Shown here one piece after another: positions 1 through 9,246 of a DNA stretch of 64,000 nucleotides. Location: assembly GCA_030066665.1 (NCBI GenBank), contig JASJBD010000003.1, forward strand, positions 3,565 to 67,564. The letters are read 5' to 3'. The notes under the pieces are model-generated. The model was given only the letters and a program-made list of their open reading frames with translations. It was not told the DNA's origin and made no database searches. Source of the DNA: Gammaproteobacteria bacterium. Its GTDB lineage: Bacteria > Pseudomonadota > Gammaproteobacteria > Steroidobacterales > GCA-2729495. The stretch's first letter is position 1; each line of letters begins with the position of its first letter. Position numbers and translations under genes: made by a program.

Positions 1-381
1 AGTTGACCGCCCGATACCAGGCAGGCTCATGAGTTCATCCAGCGACGCCGGCAGCTCGCCGTTGAAATGCTCGCGGACTTCTATGGCAGCGCGATGCATA
101 TTCCGCGCCCGCGCATAGTAGCCGAGGCCGGACCACAAGTGCAGCACCCGGTCGAGTTCTGCACTTGCCAGTGACAGCAAATCGGGGAACGCATTCATAA
201 AGCGGTCGTAGTAACGCTCAACCGTCACAACCTGTGTCTGCTGCAACATGATTTCCGAGACCCACACGCGGTAGGGATTCGGTTGTTGCTGCCACGGGAG
301 ATCCTTGCGACCGTGCGCATGCCACCAGTCCAGCAGAGCCGGCGCAACATCGGCATGATCGAGAGGGTGAGACTCAGTCAC
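1..381 (-). CDS. mutY: A/G-specific adenine DNA glycosylase MutY, N-terminal part (gene runs off the left window edge)
   Basis: Absent from the ORF track because it is truncated. My minus-strand translation from GTG 381 gives VTESHPLDHADVAPALLDWWHAHGRKDLPWQQQPNPYRVWVSEIMLQQTQVVTVERYYDRF...LWSGLGYYARARNMH...LMSLPGIGRST, a typical MutY HhH-GPD N-terminus. Confidence 0.9.
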   Translation of the reverse strand, partial: MTESHPLDHADVAPALLDWWHAHGRKDLPWQQQPNPYRVWVSEIMLQQTQVVTVERYYDRFMNAFPDLLSLASAELDRVLHLWSGLGYYARARNMHRAAIEVREHFNGELPASLDELMSLPGIGRST

Positions 382-2524
382 CTATCGCATCCAGGATACC
401 GCGGAGCAGAATGTCTTCCGGCCTTGGCTGGTCATCTTCAGGCGCGGCTTCGCCGTCAGGCGCTTGCTCTTCGTCACCCCCAATGCCGAGTTCCTCGAGT
501 ATCTTCTTCCTGATCTGCTGTCCCGCGACGCTCTTCAGCAAATCCTCCAGGTCGACGCCGATTCTTGGAGATTCGATGGTCCCACCGATCGTCAGCGGAA
601 TAGTCAGGTTCGTCAGGTCATCCAGCGACTCCGCACCGAACTGCGGCGTCTTGAAAACACGGGCATTCAGTCTGTAGTCGAGCGCCTGCTCAATCAGGTT
701 CAATGTACCGTTGCCACTGAGTTTCAGATACGGGATCTCGCCGGACATCCGCTCGCTGCGCATCACCCCGTCTGCGATCACGCCGCCAAATGCCAACGCC
801 GTAATCTGGGTTTGCGCGGGACCTTCCCGCTCGGGCACGGGATCGCGCTTGATGCGCGCGCGCACGCGACGAATTTCGTACCAGATGTCCATGCCATCGT
901 ACAAACTGTCGGCCAGGTCGAACGATAACGTGCCTGCCAGGCTGCGCGTCAGCTCCGCCTGTGTCAGACCGGTGCCGTTCAGCTTGATGTCGGCTTTCAC
1001 CAGGCCCTTCAGCTGCTCGACGTCGAGCATGTCGGTCAGCAGGCCACCGATCTGCACGGCGTCGAGGGTCTGATCGAGATCGATGCGCGGCTGATTCCCG
1101 GTTACATCGAGCTGAATCCTGCCGTTATAGCTGCCGTCATAGAGCTGCGCGGACATTGGATCGAGCGTAATGACCCCGTTGCGTGCCGTGACATCCGCTC
1201 TGAGCTGTTGCAGACGCGCGCCGGCCACGATCACCTCGCCGAGTTTGAGACTGCCGTCGAGAACCAGCTGGCGAAGCTGTTCAGTCGCCAGGTCGGCCTC
1301 TTCCGCCGCCGCTGCGCTCACCTCTTCTACGGCAGCGCCGTCCGTCTCCGGCGGCAGATAGCGATCGACATTGAGCTGATCGCCAGTCAATGCAACCCGG
1401 AAACGCGGGCTGGCCAGGTTACGGATGCCTGCAGAACCACTGATTTGCGTGTCGTCCAGCTGCAGTGTCAGGTCGGACAGCTGATAGCTGTCGCCCGCAG
1501 CCTGCCATTTGCCACTGGCCTCCAGACGCGTCAGGACCTGCGGGTCGGCGGTACTTGGCGCAGCACTGCCAAGGGTTTGCAGCAACTCGCGCGGCGACAG
1601 CGGCTCGAGTGTGAAATTGCCCGCCAGGCCGTCGCCCCGGTCCTGCAACGTACCACCACCGTCGACGCGCACTGTCACGCCGGCCGCCCGGATGTTTGCG
1701 GTCAGGCCATTGATACCGATCATTCCCGGTGCGTAGTCCAGGCCTTCAATGGTCAGTTCGGCGTTCGCATCGCGACCGGGTACCGCGTCGCCGGCGACGG
1801 TCAGCAACCCTTGCACATTCTGCACGTTCGCCGTCATCGCCCGTGTGTCCACCGCAGCGCGCGATTCCAGTGATATGTCGGCAACCGTGCCAGACGTGCG
1901 ATCGGCGGCGCGCAACGTGGCCGTCAGATCGAACGGTTTCCCGGGTTCTATCTCACCCGTCTTCAAATTCACGTTTTCAACCAGGAAATCCTGGCCCGCC
2001 CTGGCATCGGCAAAAGCCACGCGCGCGTCCTCTATCGCAATGCTCGCAACGCTCAGTGCCAACGCGGTCTCGTCGCCTGCCTTTTCTGCATCGGTCGCCG
2101 CACCTTCGGCGATTGCTTCGTCGCGTGGGAACTCCCAATTAGCCCGACCATTGGCAAGACGCTGCAGATTCAAATCCAGGCCGCTGAGCTGGACCTCGCC
2201 GATTTCAAGTTGCCGCTGCATTAGCAATGGCAACAATCGCAGGCCCAGACGAACTTCGTCGACGCTCGCAAATTTAGTCTGCTCGAATCCCGGCGGATTA
2301 CTCAGGTTGCTGCGGCCGATACCAATGCCACAGCACGGCACTAGTTTCAGCGTCAGGTCGCCGTCGATCGTGAGTTGTCGTCCCGTGTCCTTCTCAACAA
2401 TCGCGGCAATCTCATCGCGATAGTCGTTCGGATCGAACATCACGACGACAATCACGGCGACAACGACAACCAGGAAGATCAGCAGCCCGACGACAGCGAC
2501 GAGCAACTTGATGAAACTCTTCAT
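374..2524 (-). CDS. asmA: AsmA family outer-membrane assembly protein
   Basis: 716-aa ORF with an N-terminal TM anchor (LLVAVVGLLIFLVVVVAVIVVV) followed by FDPNDYRDEIAAIVEKDTGRQLTIDGDL, the characteristic AsmA start. The stop overlaps the mutY start (GTGACTGA). Confidence 0.85.
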   Translation of the reverse strand: MKSFIKLLVAVVGLLIFLVVVVAVIVVVMFDPNDYRDEIAAIVEKDTGRQLTIDGDLTLKLVPCCGIGIGRSNLSNPPGFEQTKFASVDEVRLGLRLLPLLMQRQLEIGEVQLSGLDLNLQRLANGRANWEFPRDEAIAEGAATDAEKAGDETALALSVASIAIEDARVAFADARAGQDFLVENVNLKTGEIEPGKPFDLTATLRAADRTSGTVADISLESRAAVDTRAMTANVQNVQGLLTVAGDAVPGRDANAELTIEGLDYAPGMIGINGLTANIRAAGVTVRVDGGGTLQDRGDGLAGNFTLEPLSPRELLQTLGSAAPSTADPQVLTRLEASGKWQAAGDSYQLSDLTLQLDDTQISGSAGIRNLASPRFRVALTGDQLNVDRYLPPETDGAAVEEVSAAAAEEADLATEQLRQLVLDGSLKLGEVIVAGARLQQLRADVTARNGVITLDPMSAQLYDGSYNGRIQLDVTGNQPRIDLDQTLDAVQIGGLLTDMLDVEQLKGLVKADIKLNGTGLTQAELTRSLAGTLSFDLADSLYDGMDIWYEIRRVRARIKRDPVPEREGPAQTQITALAFGGVIADGVMRSERMSGEIPYLKLSGNGTLNLIEQALDYRLNARVFKTPQFGAESLDDLTNLTIPLTIGGTIESPRIGVDLEDLLKSVAGQQIRKKILEELGIGGDEEQAPDGEAAPEDDQPRPEDILLRGILDAIGD

Positions 2525-2584
2525 GCGCCCATTACAGCATCACGTCGCGGCCTGTACCAGCGACACCCGGACGCAAAAAGATGC

Positions 2585-3058
2585 TTAGCAGCCGGCCTGG
2601 TCCAGCGTGATACGAGGCTGCTTGCCCGGTACTGCGGGGGGTTCGTATGTCACGCCGCAGGGCTCACCGAACGGCGTGTCGCGGTGTTGCCACCGACCGC
2701 CGGCGAAATTGAACGCAGCGGTCTCGGCGGACTCCAGCGTCCACGCAACCGTCGCCGCGGACGGAAATCCGTTGATGATTGCGACGTCGCCGCGAGTCAG
2801 TTGCAGCACGTCTGGTTGCTCCGCGGCTACCCAGAACGCGTTGGCCAATTGCGCGGCGCTATTGACGCTGCCCGCCAGCGAGGCCACATCGGCACGCCGA
2901 AATTCAGTCGCGAGCTCGAATTGCCGGGGAATCGCTACAGTCGCCAGCACGCTGAAACAGGCCACAAGAATCACCACATCGATGCGCGCGATCCGCTTCC
3001 CGGATCGGCGGTTGGGACGCGACGCTGTGCTCTCGGGATTCGACACTGATTGACGCAC
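2585..3058 (-). CDS. Hypothetical type-IV-pilin-like protein with a degenerate prepilin signal
   Basis: 157-aa ORF. The hydrophobic helix IDVVILVACFSVLATVAIPRQFELATEFRRADVASLAGSVNSAAQLA resembles a pilin N-terminal helix, and there is a C-terminal Cys pair (EPCG...DQAGC). No G/FTLIE cleavage motif is present. Confidence 0.45.
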   Translation of the reverse strand: MRQSVSNPESTASRPNRRSGKRIARIDVVILVACFSVLATVAIPRQFELATEFRRADVASLAGSVNSAAQLANAFWVAAEQPDVLQLTRGDVAIINGFPSAATVAWTLESAETAAFNFAGGRWQHRDTPFGEPCGVTYEPPAVPGKQPRITLDQAGC

Positions 3059-3123
3059 GAAGTGGCCAGAACTTCGATCAGTGTCGCGAAACCCCCATTA
3101 CCAGTCTGTGAATGGCATCCCAC

Positions 3124-3546
3124 TCAGCGGCGTCCGTGGCGGCGCAGTTCACGAATCATGTGAGCGCGATGGTTCCGCACGACCCAGGGCGCGACGAACA
3201 GAATCGGCGCGGCCAGCAAGGCGTCACGCTGCCAGCCCGACAGGTCATAAATCCAGCATAGACTTCGGGCCAGCAGAACGCCCACCAGCATCATCCACAG
3301 ACAGAGGCGCAGCCGCAGGTTCGCCAGCATTCGCCCGACTGCCCGCAAGCGGACACCGACGCGACTCAGAGGCGACAGGCTGTTGATGACCGGCAGACCG
3401 TCCCTGGCCAGCAGGTCCAGCCAGCCACGGAGCCATTGGCGGCCGATATTCATGGTCACCAGCTGAGCAGCCAGACGGCGGCTCGGCCAGCCCGATTTCC
3501 TGCGCCTATTTCTGTAAACAATGTCGAGCCGTGACCTGCCTCGCAA
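3124..3546 (-). CDS. Hypothetical small membrane protein (start uncertain, possibly Met at 3453)
   Basis: ORF with two hydrophobic segments (LCLWMMLVGVLLARSLCWIY, ALLAAPILFVAPWVV). The opposite-strand ORF 3081-3386 is Arg/Pro/Ala-rich junk. No family recognised. Confidence 0.35.
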   Translation of the reverse strand: MRGRSRLDIVYRNRRRKSGWPSRRLAAQLVTMNIGRQWLRGWLDLLARDGLPVINSLSPLSRVGVRLRAVGRMLANLRLRLCLWMMLVGVLLARSLCWIYDLSGWQRDALLAAPILFVAPWVVRNHRAHMIRELRRHGRR

Positions 3547-3677
3547 TATGGGCCAACTAACTGTGATTGCGTTCTCAATCCCTGCCCAATCAATCGGTTA
3601 TGTTCAGAGTGGTTTATTGTCCGGCGTCAATCCGGGCCGGCCGCGCGGGGCCGGTGCGGGAACGCTGCCGCGCTCTC

Positions 3678-5408
3678 ATGAAGCTGTTGCTGGTCGAAGA
3701 CAATTTCGACGATGCGGATTTCCTCGCCGCATCGTTGCGGCGCCACAAGGTTGACGACGTGGCGCTGTCTCACGTGGCGACGCTGCGCGACGCGACCGAC
3801 CAACTCAAGTCCCACAGTTTCGACGTTGTACTGCTCGATCTGCATTTGCCGGACGGCTCCGGCATGGAGTGCGTGGACGCCGTCCAGGCGGCCGACCCGG
3901 CAACGCCAATCGTAGCCCTGAGTGGGAAAGACGACGAAGAGTTCGCGCTGAGCATTCTGAACAAGGGCGTGCAGGATTACCTCGTCAAATGGGAAGGTCA
4001 GACCCGCACAATCCTGCGAGCCATTCGTTACGCAATCGAGCGCAAGCGCAGTGAGATGCGCCTGAACTACCTGGCGCAGTATGACCCCCTGACCGAGATA
4101 CCGAATCGCCAGTACTTCCACGACCAGCTTGAGAAGGCTACCGCGCGTGCCCGTCGCGAGGGTCGTAAGGTGGCGCTCTTCTTCCTCGATCTCGACCAGT
4201 TCAAGATCGTCAACGACACGCTTGGACACAACGCCGGCGACCGCCTGCTGCGGGAAATGGCGCAGCGCTTGCGCGGGTCGACGCGCGCTGGTGACGTCAT
4301 TGCACGGCTCGGCGGCGACGAGTTTGCGGTCTTGCTGGAAGGTATCCGTGGCGCGTTGGATGCTGAAGCCGTCGCGCAAAGTATTTTGGAGATGGTTGCC
4401 GAGCCCTTCCATGTTGAAGGCCGCGAAATCGAGGTGACAACGAGCATCGGCATCACCATTTATCCCAACGATAACAGTGATACGGCGACGCTGTTGAAGA
4501 ACGCCGACATTGCGATGTACCAGGCCAAGGAACAGGGTCGCAACAATTTCAAGTTCTTCACGGAACGCATGCACGAAGAACTACTCGAGTATCACAATCT
4601 CGAAAACGATATTCGCGATGCCATCAGTGCCGAACTCTTCAGTCTCGTGTTCCAGCCCAAAGTCAACCTGATCACGCGCAAGCTGCAGGGATTGGAAGCC
4701 CTGCTGCGTTGGAACTGTCCCCGGCGCGGCAACGTATCGCCGGTGGACTTCATCCCGGTGGCTGAACAGAGTGGACATATCGTGCCGCTCGGGCATTGGG
4801 TGCTGAACGAGGTCTGCCGCACGCTCAATCGCTGGCAAGCAGCCGGCACGCCGGTGGTCCCGGTATCGATCAACGTTTCGGCCCGCCAGTTTCAACAGGC
4901 CGACTTTCACAAGCGTGTTGCAAACGTGCTCAATCATCACGCAATTGCACCGGACTTGATCGAACTCGAGCTGACCGAGGGGCTTCTGATGGAAGATACG
5001 GACAGTGCGCAACGCGCTTTGCAGCAGTTCCGCGATATCGGCGTCCGTATTTCGATTGACGATTTCGGCACCGGTCATTCCTGCCTGAACTACCTGCGAC
5101 GTTTTCCAATCGACGTATTGAAGATCGACAAGTCTTTCGTACAGGACGTCACGAGTTGCGAAGACAGCTCGATCATCGTTGAGGCGATTATTTCGCTGGC
5201 CAACAGTCTGCGACTGGATACCGTCGCCGAGGGCGTCGAAACGCGGGAACAGATGAATTTCCTTATCGATCGGGGCTGCCATGTGGCGCAGGGCTTCTTT
5301 TTCGGCCAGCCGCTGAAAGAGCGCGCGGTGCGGCCATATCTCGAGGACCTGATCGACGATGCGGCGGGTTTCGCGACGGCCCGGCTGGACATGAGCGAGA
5401 TCGCCTGA
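3678..5408 (+). CDS. Response regulator with GGDEF and EAL domains (c-di-GMP turnover)
   Basis: Start moved to ATG 3678 (MKLLLVEDNF). Receiver motifs are DVVLLDLHLPDGSG. GGDEF is RLGGDEFAV. EAL motifs are GLEALLRW, ELTEG and DDFGTG. Confidence 0.9.
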   Translation: MKLLLVEDNFDDADFLAASLRRHKVDDVALSHVATLRDATDQLKSHSFDVVLLDLHLPDGSGMECVDAVQAADPATPIVALSGKDDEEFALSILNKGVQDYLVKWEGQTRTILRAIRYAIERKRSEMRLNYLAQYDPLTEIPNRQYFHDQLEKATARARREGRKVALFFLDLDQFKIVNDTLGHNAGDRLLREMAQRLRGSTRAGDVIARLGGDEFAVLLEGIRGALDAEAVAQSILEMVAEPFHVEGREIEVTTSIGITIYPNDNSDTATLLKNADIAMYQAKEQGRNNFKFFTERMHEELLEYHNLENDIRDAISAELFSLVFQPKVNLITRKLQGLEALLRWNCPRRGNVSPVDFIPVAEQSGHIVPLGHWVLNEVCRTLNRWQAAGTPVVPVSINVSARQFQQADFHKRVANVLNHHAIAPDLIELELTEGLLMEDTDSAQRALQQFRDIGVRISIDDFGTGHSCLNYLRRFPIDVLKIDKSFVQDVTSCEDSSIIVEAIISLANSLRLDTVAEGVETREQMNFLIDRGCHVAQGFFFGQPLKERAVRPYLEDLIDDAAGFATARLDMSEIA

Positions 5409-5418
5409 GGAACAACCG

Positions 5419-6987
5419 GTGGCCAAGACCGAACCCATCCGGCGAGGAAGCGCCAGCGACGCACAGAATATTGCCGACATGCAGTTCCTGTTAGCCGCGG
5501 CCGGAGTCGGCATCTGGCGATATGACGGCGGCACCAACACGTTCATGATGGATGACACCTGCCGGCAAATGTTCGAGCTGGAGGACGGCGAGGAACTCGG
5601 GATGGAGAACATGCGCCAGCGCATTCACCCCGACGATCTCGACGCTTATTGGACGGCAGTGAAATCATCGCTGGAGAGCGGCGATTTCGCAGTGAGCTAT
5701 CGCGTGATCAACAGGGACGGTTCAATCCGCTACATCAGCGGCCGGGGCCGCACGTTGCCGCCGGCACCCGGTGCTGCGCCGCAGACGATGGGCGTCTGTA
5801 TCGACGTGACGGATCGTCACAATCTCAAGGAACGGTTGCGGCGTACAGAGGACCGTATGCAACAGCTGGCAGACGGTGTACCCGGCCTGTTTTCCTACAT
5901 CGACAGCGAATGGCAGGTCCAGTTCATGAGCTCACAATACCGCGACTTGCTGGGTCTCGGGAACCAGTCGGTGATTGGTAAGCACGTGGGCGACATCGTC
6001 GGCTGGGACAAATTCGCGGAACGCAAGCCCCGCTATGCAAAGGCGCTGGCGGGCGACACCGTACACCATGAAACCGTGCGGACCACGCCCGACGGGCAAA
6101 CGCGATACTTCACGATCACGCACGCGCCGTACCGCACTGAATGTGGACACATCCACGGGGTGATGACGCTCGCCATCGATATTACCGAACGCCGCGCGAT
6201 TGAACAGAAACTGGAAGCCAAGAGCGAAGAGCTGCGTCGGTCGAATCACGACCTCGAGCAGTTCGCGTACGTGGCATCGCACGATCTGAAAGCGCCGCTG
6301 CGGGCCATAGAAGTCCTCGTGCAGTGGTTGCGTGAGGATCTTGCCGATGTCGAGACCGGCGAAGTCCAGGAAAACCTGGGACTGCTCTCACAACGCACGC
6401 AGCGCCTTAATCGCCTGCTGGACGACCTGCTGGAATATTCCCGCGCCGGCCGTCGCGTTGGCCAGGTTGCAGAGGTAAATACCCGTGAACTGGTTCAGGA
6501 CATCGTGACTCTACTGGGCCCGGCAGACGGCATGCGAGTCATCGCCGACGACAGCTTGCCGGTGATGACGACTCACGTGGCCCCGCTCGAACAGGTGCTG
6601 CGGAACCTGATCAACAACGCGATCAAACATCATCCAGGCGATACGGGCACGGTGCGGGTGTCGGCACAACAACAGGGCGAGAGCGTGATGTTCGCCGTGG
6701 AAGACGACGGCGCCGGCATCGCCGAGGAATACGCCGACAAGGTCTTCAAGATGTTTCAGACCCTGCAGCCGCGCGATGAACGCGAGGGCAGCGGCATGGG
6801 CCTGGCCATCGTGCAAAGAATTATCGATTGGCAGGGCGGCCGGGTCTGGTTCCACCCCGGCCCCGGTAATCGCGGCACCGTTTTCAAATTCATCTGGACC
6901 AAGGTTGCGAATGCACCCGAAGGCAGCTTGAAGGGAGATGAGCATGGATCCGACAGAGACCCGTCCCGTCAGCATCTTGCTGGTTGA
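5419..6987 (+). CDS. PAS-domain sensor histidine kinase
   Basis: GTG 5419 lies 8 nt after GAGGA. Two PAS-like regions are present. The H-box is ASHDLKAPLRAIE, the N-box is NLINNAIKH, and the G-boxes are VEDDGAGI and GSGMGLAI. Confidence 0.9.
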   Translation: MAKTEPIRRGSASDAQNIADMQFLLAAAGVGIWRYDGGTNTFMMDDTCRQMFELEDGEELGMENMRQRIHPDDLDAYWTAVKSSLESGDFAVSYRVINRDGSIRYISGRGRTLPPAPGAAPQTMGVCIDVTDRHNLKERLRRTEDRMQQLADGVPGLFSYIDSEWQVQFMSSQYRDLLGLGNQSVIGKHVGDIVGWDKFAERKPRYAKALAGDTVHHETVRTTPDGQTRYFTITHAPYRTECGHIHGVMTLAIDITERRAIEQKLEAKSEELRRSNHDLEQFAYVASHDLKAPLRAIEVLVQWLREDLADVETGEVQENLGLLSQRTQRLNRLLDDLLEYSRAGRRVGQVAEVNTRELVQDIVTLLGPADGMRVIADDSLPVMTTHVAPLEQVLRNLINNAIKHHPGDTGTVRVSAQQQGESVMFAVEDDGAGIAEEYADKVFKMFQTLQPRDEREGSGMGLAIVQRIIDWQGGRVWFHPGPGNRGTVFKFIWTKVANAPEGSLKGDEHGSDRDPSRQHLAG

Positions 6988-7408
6988 AGATGATCGCATC
7001 GATGCCAAGGCCTTTCTCCGCGCTATGGAGCAGGTCCGAATCAGCAATCCGGTGACGGTTGCCAAAGACGGTGTCGAGGCCTGGGAGATATTGACCGGTG
7101 AAGGTTATGAGGAACCGTTCACGCGACCGAATATCATCATCCTGGATATCAATATGCCGCGCATGACCGGGATCGAGCTGTTACGAAAGATTCGTGCCGA
7201 CGAAAAGCTTCAAGACTCCATCGTGTTCGTCTTGACCACCTCCAACGATGATCAGGACAAGATCGATGCTTTCAACCTGAACGTCGCCGGCTATATGCTG
7301 AAGTCGGACATGGGCAACAGCTTCGTGCGCGCCGTTGAACTCGTGCACAAATACTGGCGTGTGGTCGAATTCCCGGTTGATAAGAAAGACACGGTCAGGG
7401 CTGCGTAA
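6944..7408 (+). CDS. Single-domain CheY-like response regulator
   Basis: ILLVEDDRIDAKAF...IILDINMPRMTGIELLRKIR...VLTTSND. AAGGGAG at 6931-6937 favours ATG 6944 over the track start 6938. The gene overlaps the kinase 3' end. Confidence 0.85.
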   Translation: MDPTETRPVSILLVEDDRIDAKAFLRAMEQVRISNPVTVAKDGVEAWEILTGEGYEEPFTRPNIIILDINMPRMTGIELLRKIRADEKLQDSIVFVLTTSNDDQDKIDAFNLNVAGYMLKSDMGNSFVRAVELVHKYWRVVEFPVDKKDTVRAA

Positions 7409-7448
7409 CGCAGACCGTTACCTGGCACACGATTCAAATTGGTCTCTG

Positions 7449-7991
7449 TCAGCCCGAGTCGCCATCCCAGTCCTGCGGCACCTTTTCTATTGTGCTCGTG
7501 TCATAGCCGATTGACGCCACGAAATCGATGAGCCGCTGGTAGTCGGCCGCCGGTATAGATGGCGTGCGAGCCATAATCCACACATAATCTCTTTTCTGCC
7601 GGCCGATCACGGTCTGCGTGTAGTTTTCGTCGAGATAAACGATGCGGTAGTCGGCCTTGATGGGCCAGATGAACCGCATGCCCCATAGAGCGTTCGTTTC
7701 GGTGTTCTGCACGAACCCCTTGGGCGTATATTTTTTTGATTCGCCGTCAAATGAACCGTCGCGAAAAGTGAACGTTGTCGCGATGGTGCCGTCGTCGTTC
7801 AAGGCGTAGTTTTCTATCGCATTGTGCGCGCCTTTTTCGATAAACGTCGGAATGTTCGCGATGACATACCAGTCGCCCATGAAGCGATCGAGATCAACGT
7901 AAGGTACGGTTTCCATTTCGGGCTTAGTGCTCCCACACGCGGCGCTGAACAATGCGATTATCGCGCAAACTGCATAGTTTCTAATTGTCAT
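7449..7991 (-). CDS. blc: Outer-membrane lipocalin lipoprotein (Blc family)
   Basis: Lipobox LFSAAC, then VDLDRFMGDWYVIANIPTFIEKG...YRIVYLDENYTQTVIG...DYVWIMARTP, typical bacterial lipocalin motifs. Confidence 0.85.
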   Translation of the reverse strand: MTIRNYAVCAIIALFSAACGSTKPEMETVPYVDLDRFMGDWYVIANIPTFIEKGAHNAIENYALNDDGTIATTFTFRDGSFDGESKKYTPKGFVQNTETNALWGMRFIWPIKADYRIVYLDENYTQTVIGRQKRDYVWIMARTPSIPAADYQRLIDFVASIGYDTSTIEKVPQDWDGDSG

Positions 7992-8026
7992 CTTTCAGCT
8001 ACAGTTACGATGCATTAGCAAGAATC

Positions 8027-8100
8027 TGGAGCGGGTGATGGGAATCGAACCCACGTCATCAGCTTGGGAAGCTGAGGTTCTACCATTGAACTACACCCGC
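8027..8100 (-). tRNA. tRNA-Gly, anticodon CCC, CCA encoded
   Basis: The minus strand reads GCGGGTG-TA-GTTC-AATGGTA-GAAC-C-TCAGC-TTCCCAA-GCTGA-TGAC-GTGGG-TTCGATT-CCCAT-CACCCGC-T-CCA. It folds by hand into a 74-nt cloverleaf with a 4-nt variable loop, and the anticodon loop is TT-CCC-AA. Confidence 0.92.
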
Positions 8101-8160
8101 AATATTGTTGGTTTCCGGAGATTTTACCGTCTGAGGGTATGACGAGTCACGGTCGGATGG
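8084..8160 (-). repeat. Direct repeat copy B: tRNA-Gly positions 1-17 plus about 60 nt of upstream promoter region
   Basis: 8084-8100 is identical to 9124-9140. 8101-8160 aligns to 9141-9200 at roughly 80% identity (hand alignment, one 1-nt indel). Confidence 0.85.
8121..8150 (-). promoter_or_regulatory. Putative sigma-70 promoter of tRNA-Gly
   Basis: The minus strand reads GTGACT-N18-TAAAAT, ending about 20 nt upstream of tRNA position 1. Both hexamers are conserved in the duplicated copy at 9161-9190. Confidence 0.4.
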
Positions 8161-8313
8161 CAGAGCCGCTGGCTGTAAAGGCCGAGAGACCGATCGTCGT
8201 TGGTTCCGCTGAAGCGGGCGGGCCGCAGCCGTGTCGATCTGGAATCATCTCAGGTGATGTGGACCCACGACGGTGACTCGAAGCCGGTACAAAGCTGAAA
8301 GATACCGTGGTTC

Positions 8314-9126
8314 CTACCAGGGCACCTCGGTCCCCGTGTAGCTGAAAAAGCGACCACTTACCTCGGGTGTCAATTCCTGGATAAGCTGCCGAAGTGCAGC
8401 GACACTCACGTCCACGTCAACGCTTACTGCTTTCATCTCGTCTGTAGTGCGATAACTTGCATTCCTCTCAACACGCACGAGGCCAGGATGATAAATGCCG
8501 ACAGATACTCCGTCTGCCGCTACATCCTTTGCCAGGGCAGTGAAGGTCAAGTTGAGTGCTGCCTTGCTCATGTTGTACCAATATCGGGTCGTCATCCCCT
8601 TGGGCATTAACCCCTTTCTTGAATTAACGGCGAGTGAGCCGGCAAGAGAAGAGATCGCGACAATCTTCTTTTGTTGGCTGGCAACGACGTTTTCGTAAAA
8701 GGCTTCACTGACTCGCAGCGGTCCGGTCGAGTTTACCGCGACAAATTGCTGGGCAAGGTCGTAATCCAGACTACCGAATTTCTGTCTTGGATCTTCAAAG
8801 GTACCGACTATGCCGGCGTTATTGACAAGAACATCAATCGGCGTTCCTGCCAATTTCGCTGCGGTGGCTGCGATAGATTCCGGATCGGTGACATCGATCG
8901 TCTCGACAGATACGTTGTCATATTGCCGGGCCAATTTAGTCAGTGAATCGGGTGCCAAACGGCGGCGATGAGTGGCGATTACCTCCCAGCCGGCGGCGGC
9001 GTATTGTTTCGCAAACTCGAGACCGATACCGCTGTTGGCGCCGGTAATCAGCACCGTATCCGCACTCGCTGTACTCAGCCCGACTGTGAATACAAGAGCA
9101 ATAACTAATAGACGGAAGGTAGACAT
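8314..9126 (-). CDS. Secreted short-chain dehydrogenase/reductase (SDR) family oxidoreductase
   Basis: Signal peptide MSTFRLLVIALVFTVGLSTASA, then the Rossmann motif VLITGANSGIGLEF, NNAG, and the Ser...YNMSK catalytic motif. Confidence 0.85.
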   Translation of the reverse strand: MSTFRLLVIALVFTVGLSTASADTVLITGANSGIGLEFAKQYAAAGWEVIATHRRRLAPDSLTKLARQYDNVSVETIDVTDPESIAATAAKLAGTPIDVLVNNAGIVGTFEDPRQKFGSLDYDLAQQFVAVNSTGPLRVSEAFYENVVASQQKKIVAISSLAGSLAVNSRKGLMPKGMTTRYWYNMSKAALNLTFTALAKDVAADGVSVGIYHPGLVRVERNASYRTTDEMKAVSVDVDVSVAALRQLIQELTPEVSGRFFSYTGTEVPW

Positions 9127-9200
9127 TGAACTACACCCGCTTATTGCTTGGTTTCCGGAAATTCTACAGTCGGACGATGTGACGAGTCACGCTCGGGTGG
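9124..9200 (-). repeat. Direct repeat copy A: 17-nt tRNA-Gly 5' fragment plus promoter-like region, fused to the SDR start codon
   Basis: See copy B. The tRNA fragment ends ...GTTCAATG, and that ATG (9126-9124) is the SDR start codon. Confidence 0.85.
9161..9190 (-). promoter_or_regulatory. Duplicated tRNA-type promoter-like element upstream of the SDR gene
   Basis: The minus strand reads GTGACT-N18-TAGAAT at the same spacing as the tRNA promoter candidate. Confidence 0.35.
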
Positions 9201-9246
9201 TAATAGTGTGACCGTCCCCGTTCGATGTCGAGATTAAACCGAGCTC

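Noticed and set aside
7415-7435. TGGCAC sequence resembling a sigma-54 -24 element
   Set aside because: There is no TTGC-type -12 element at the right spacing, and no plus-strand gene lies downstream, because the next gene (blc) is convergent.
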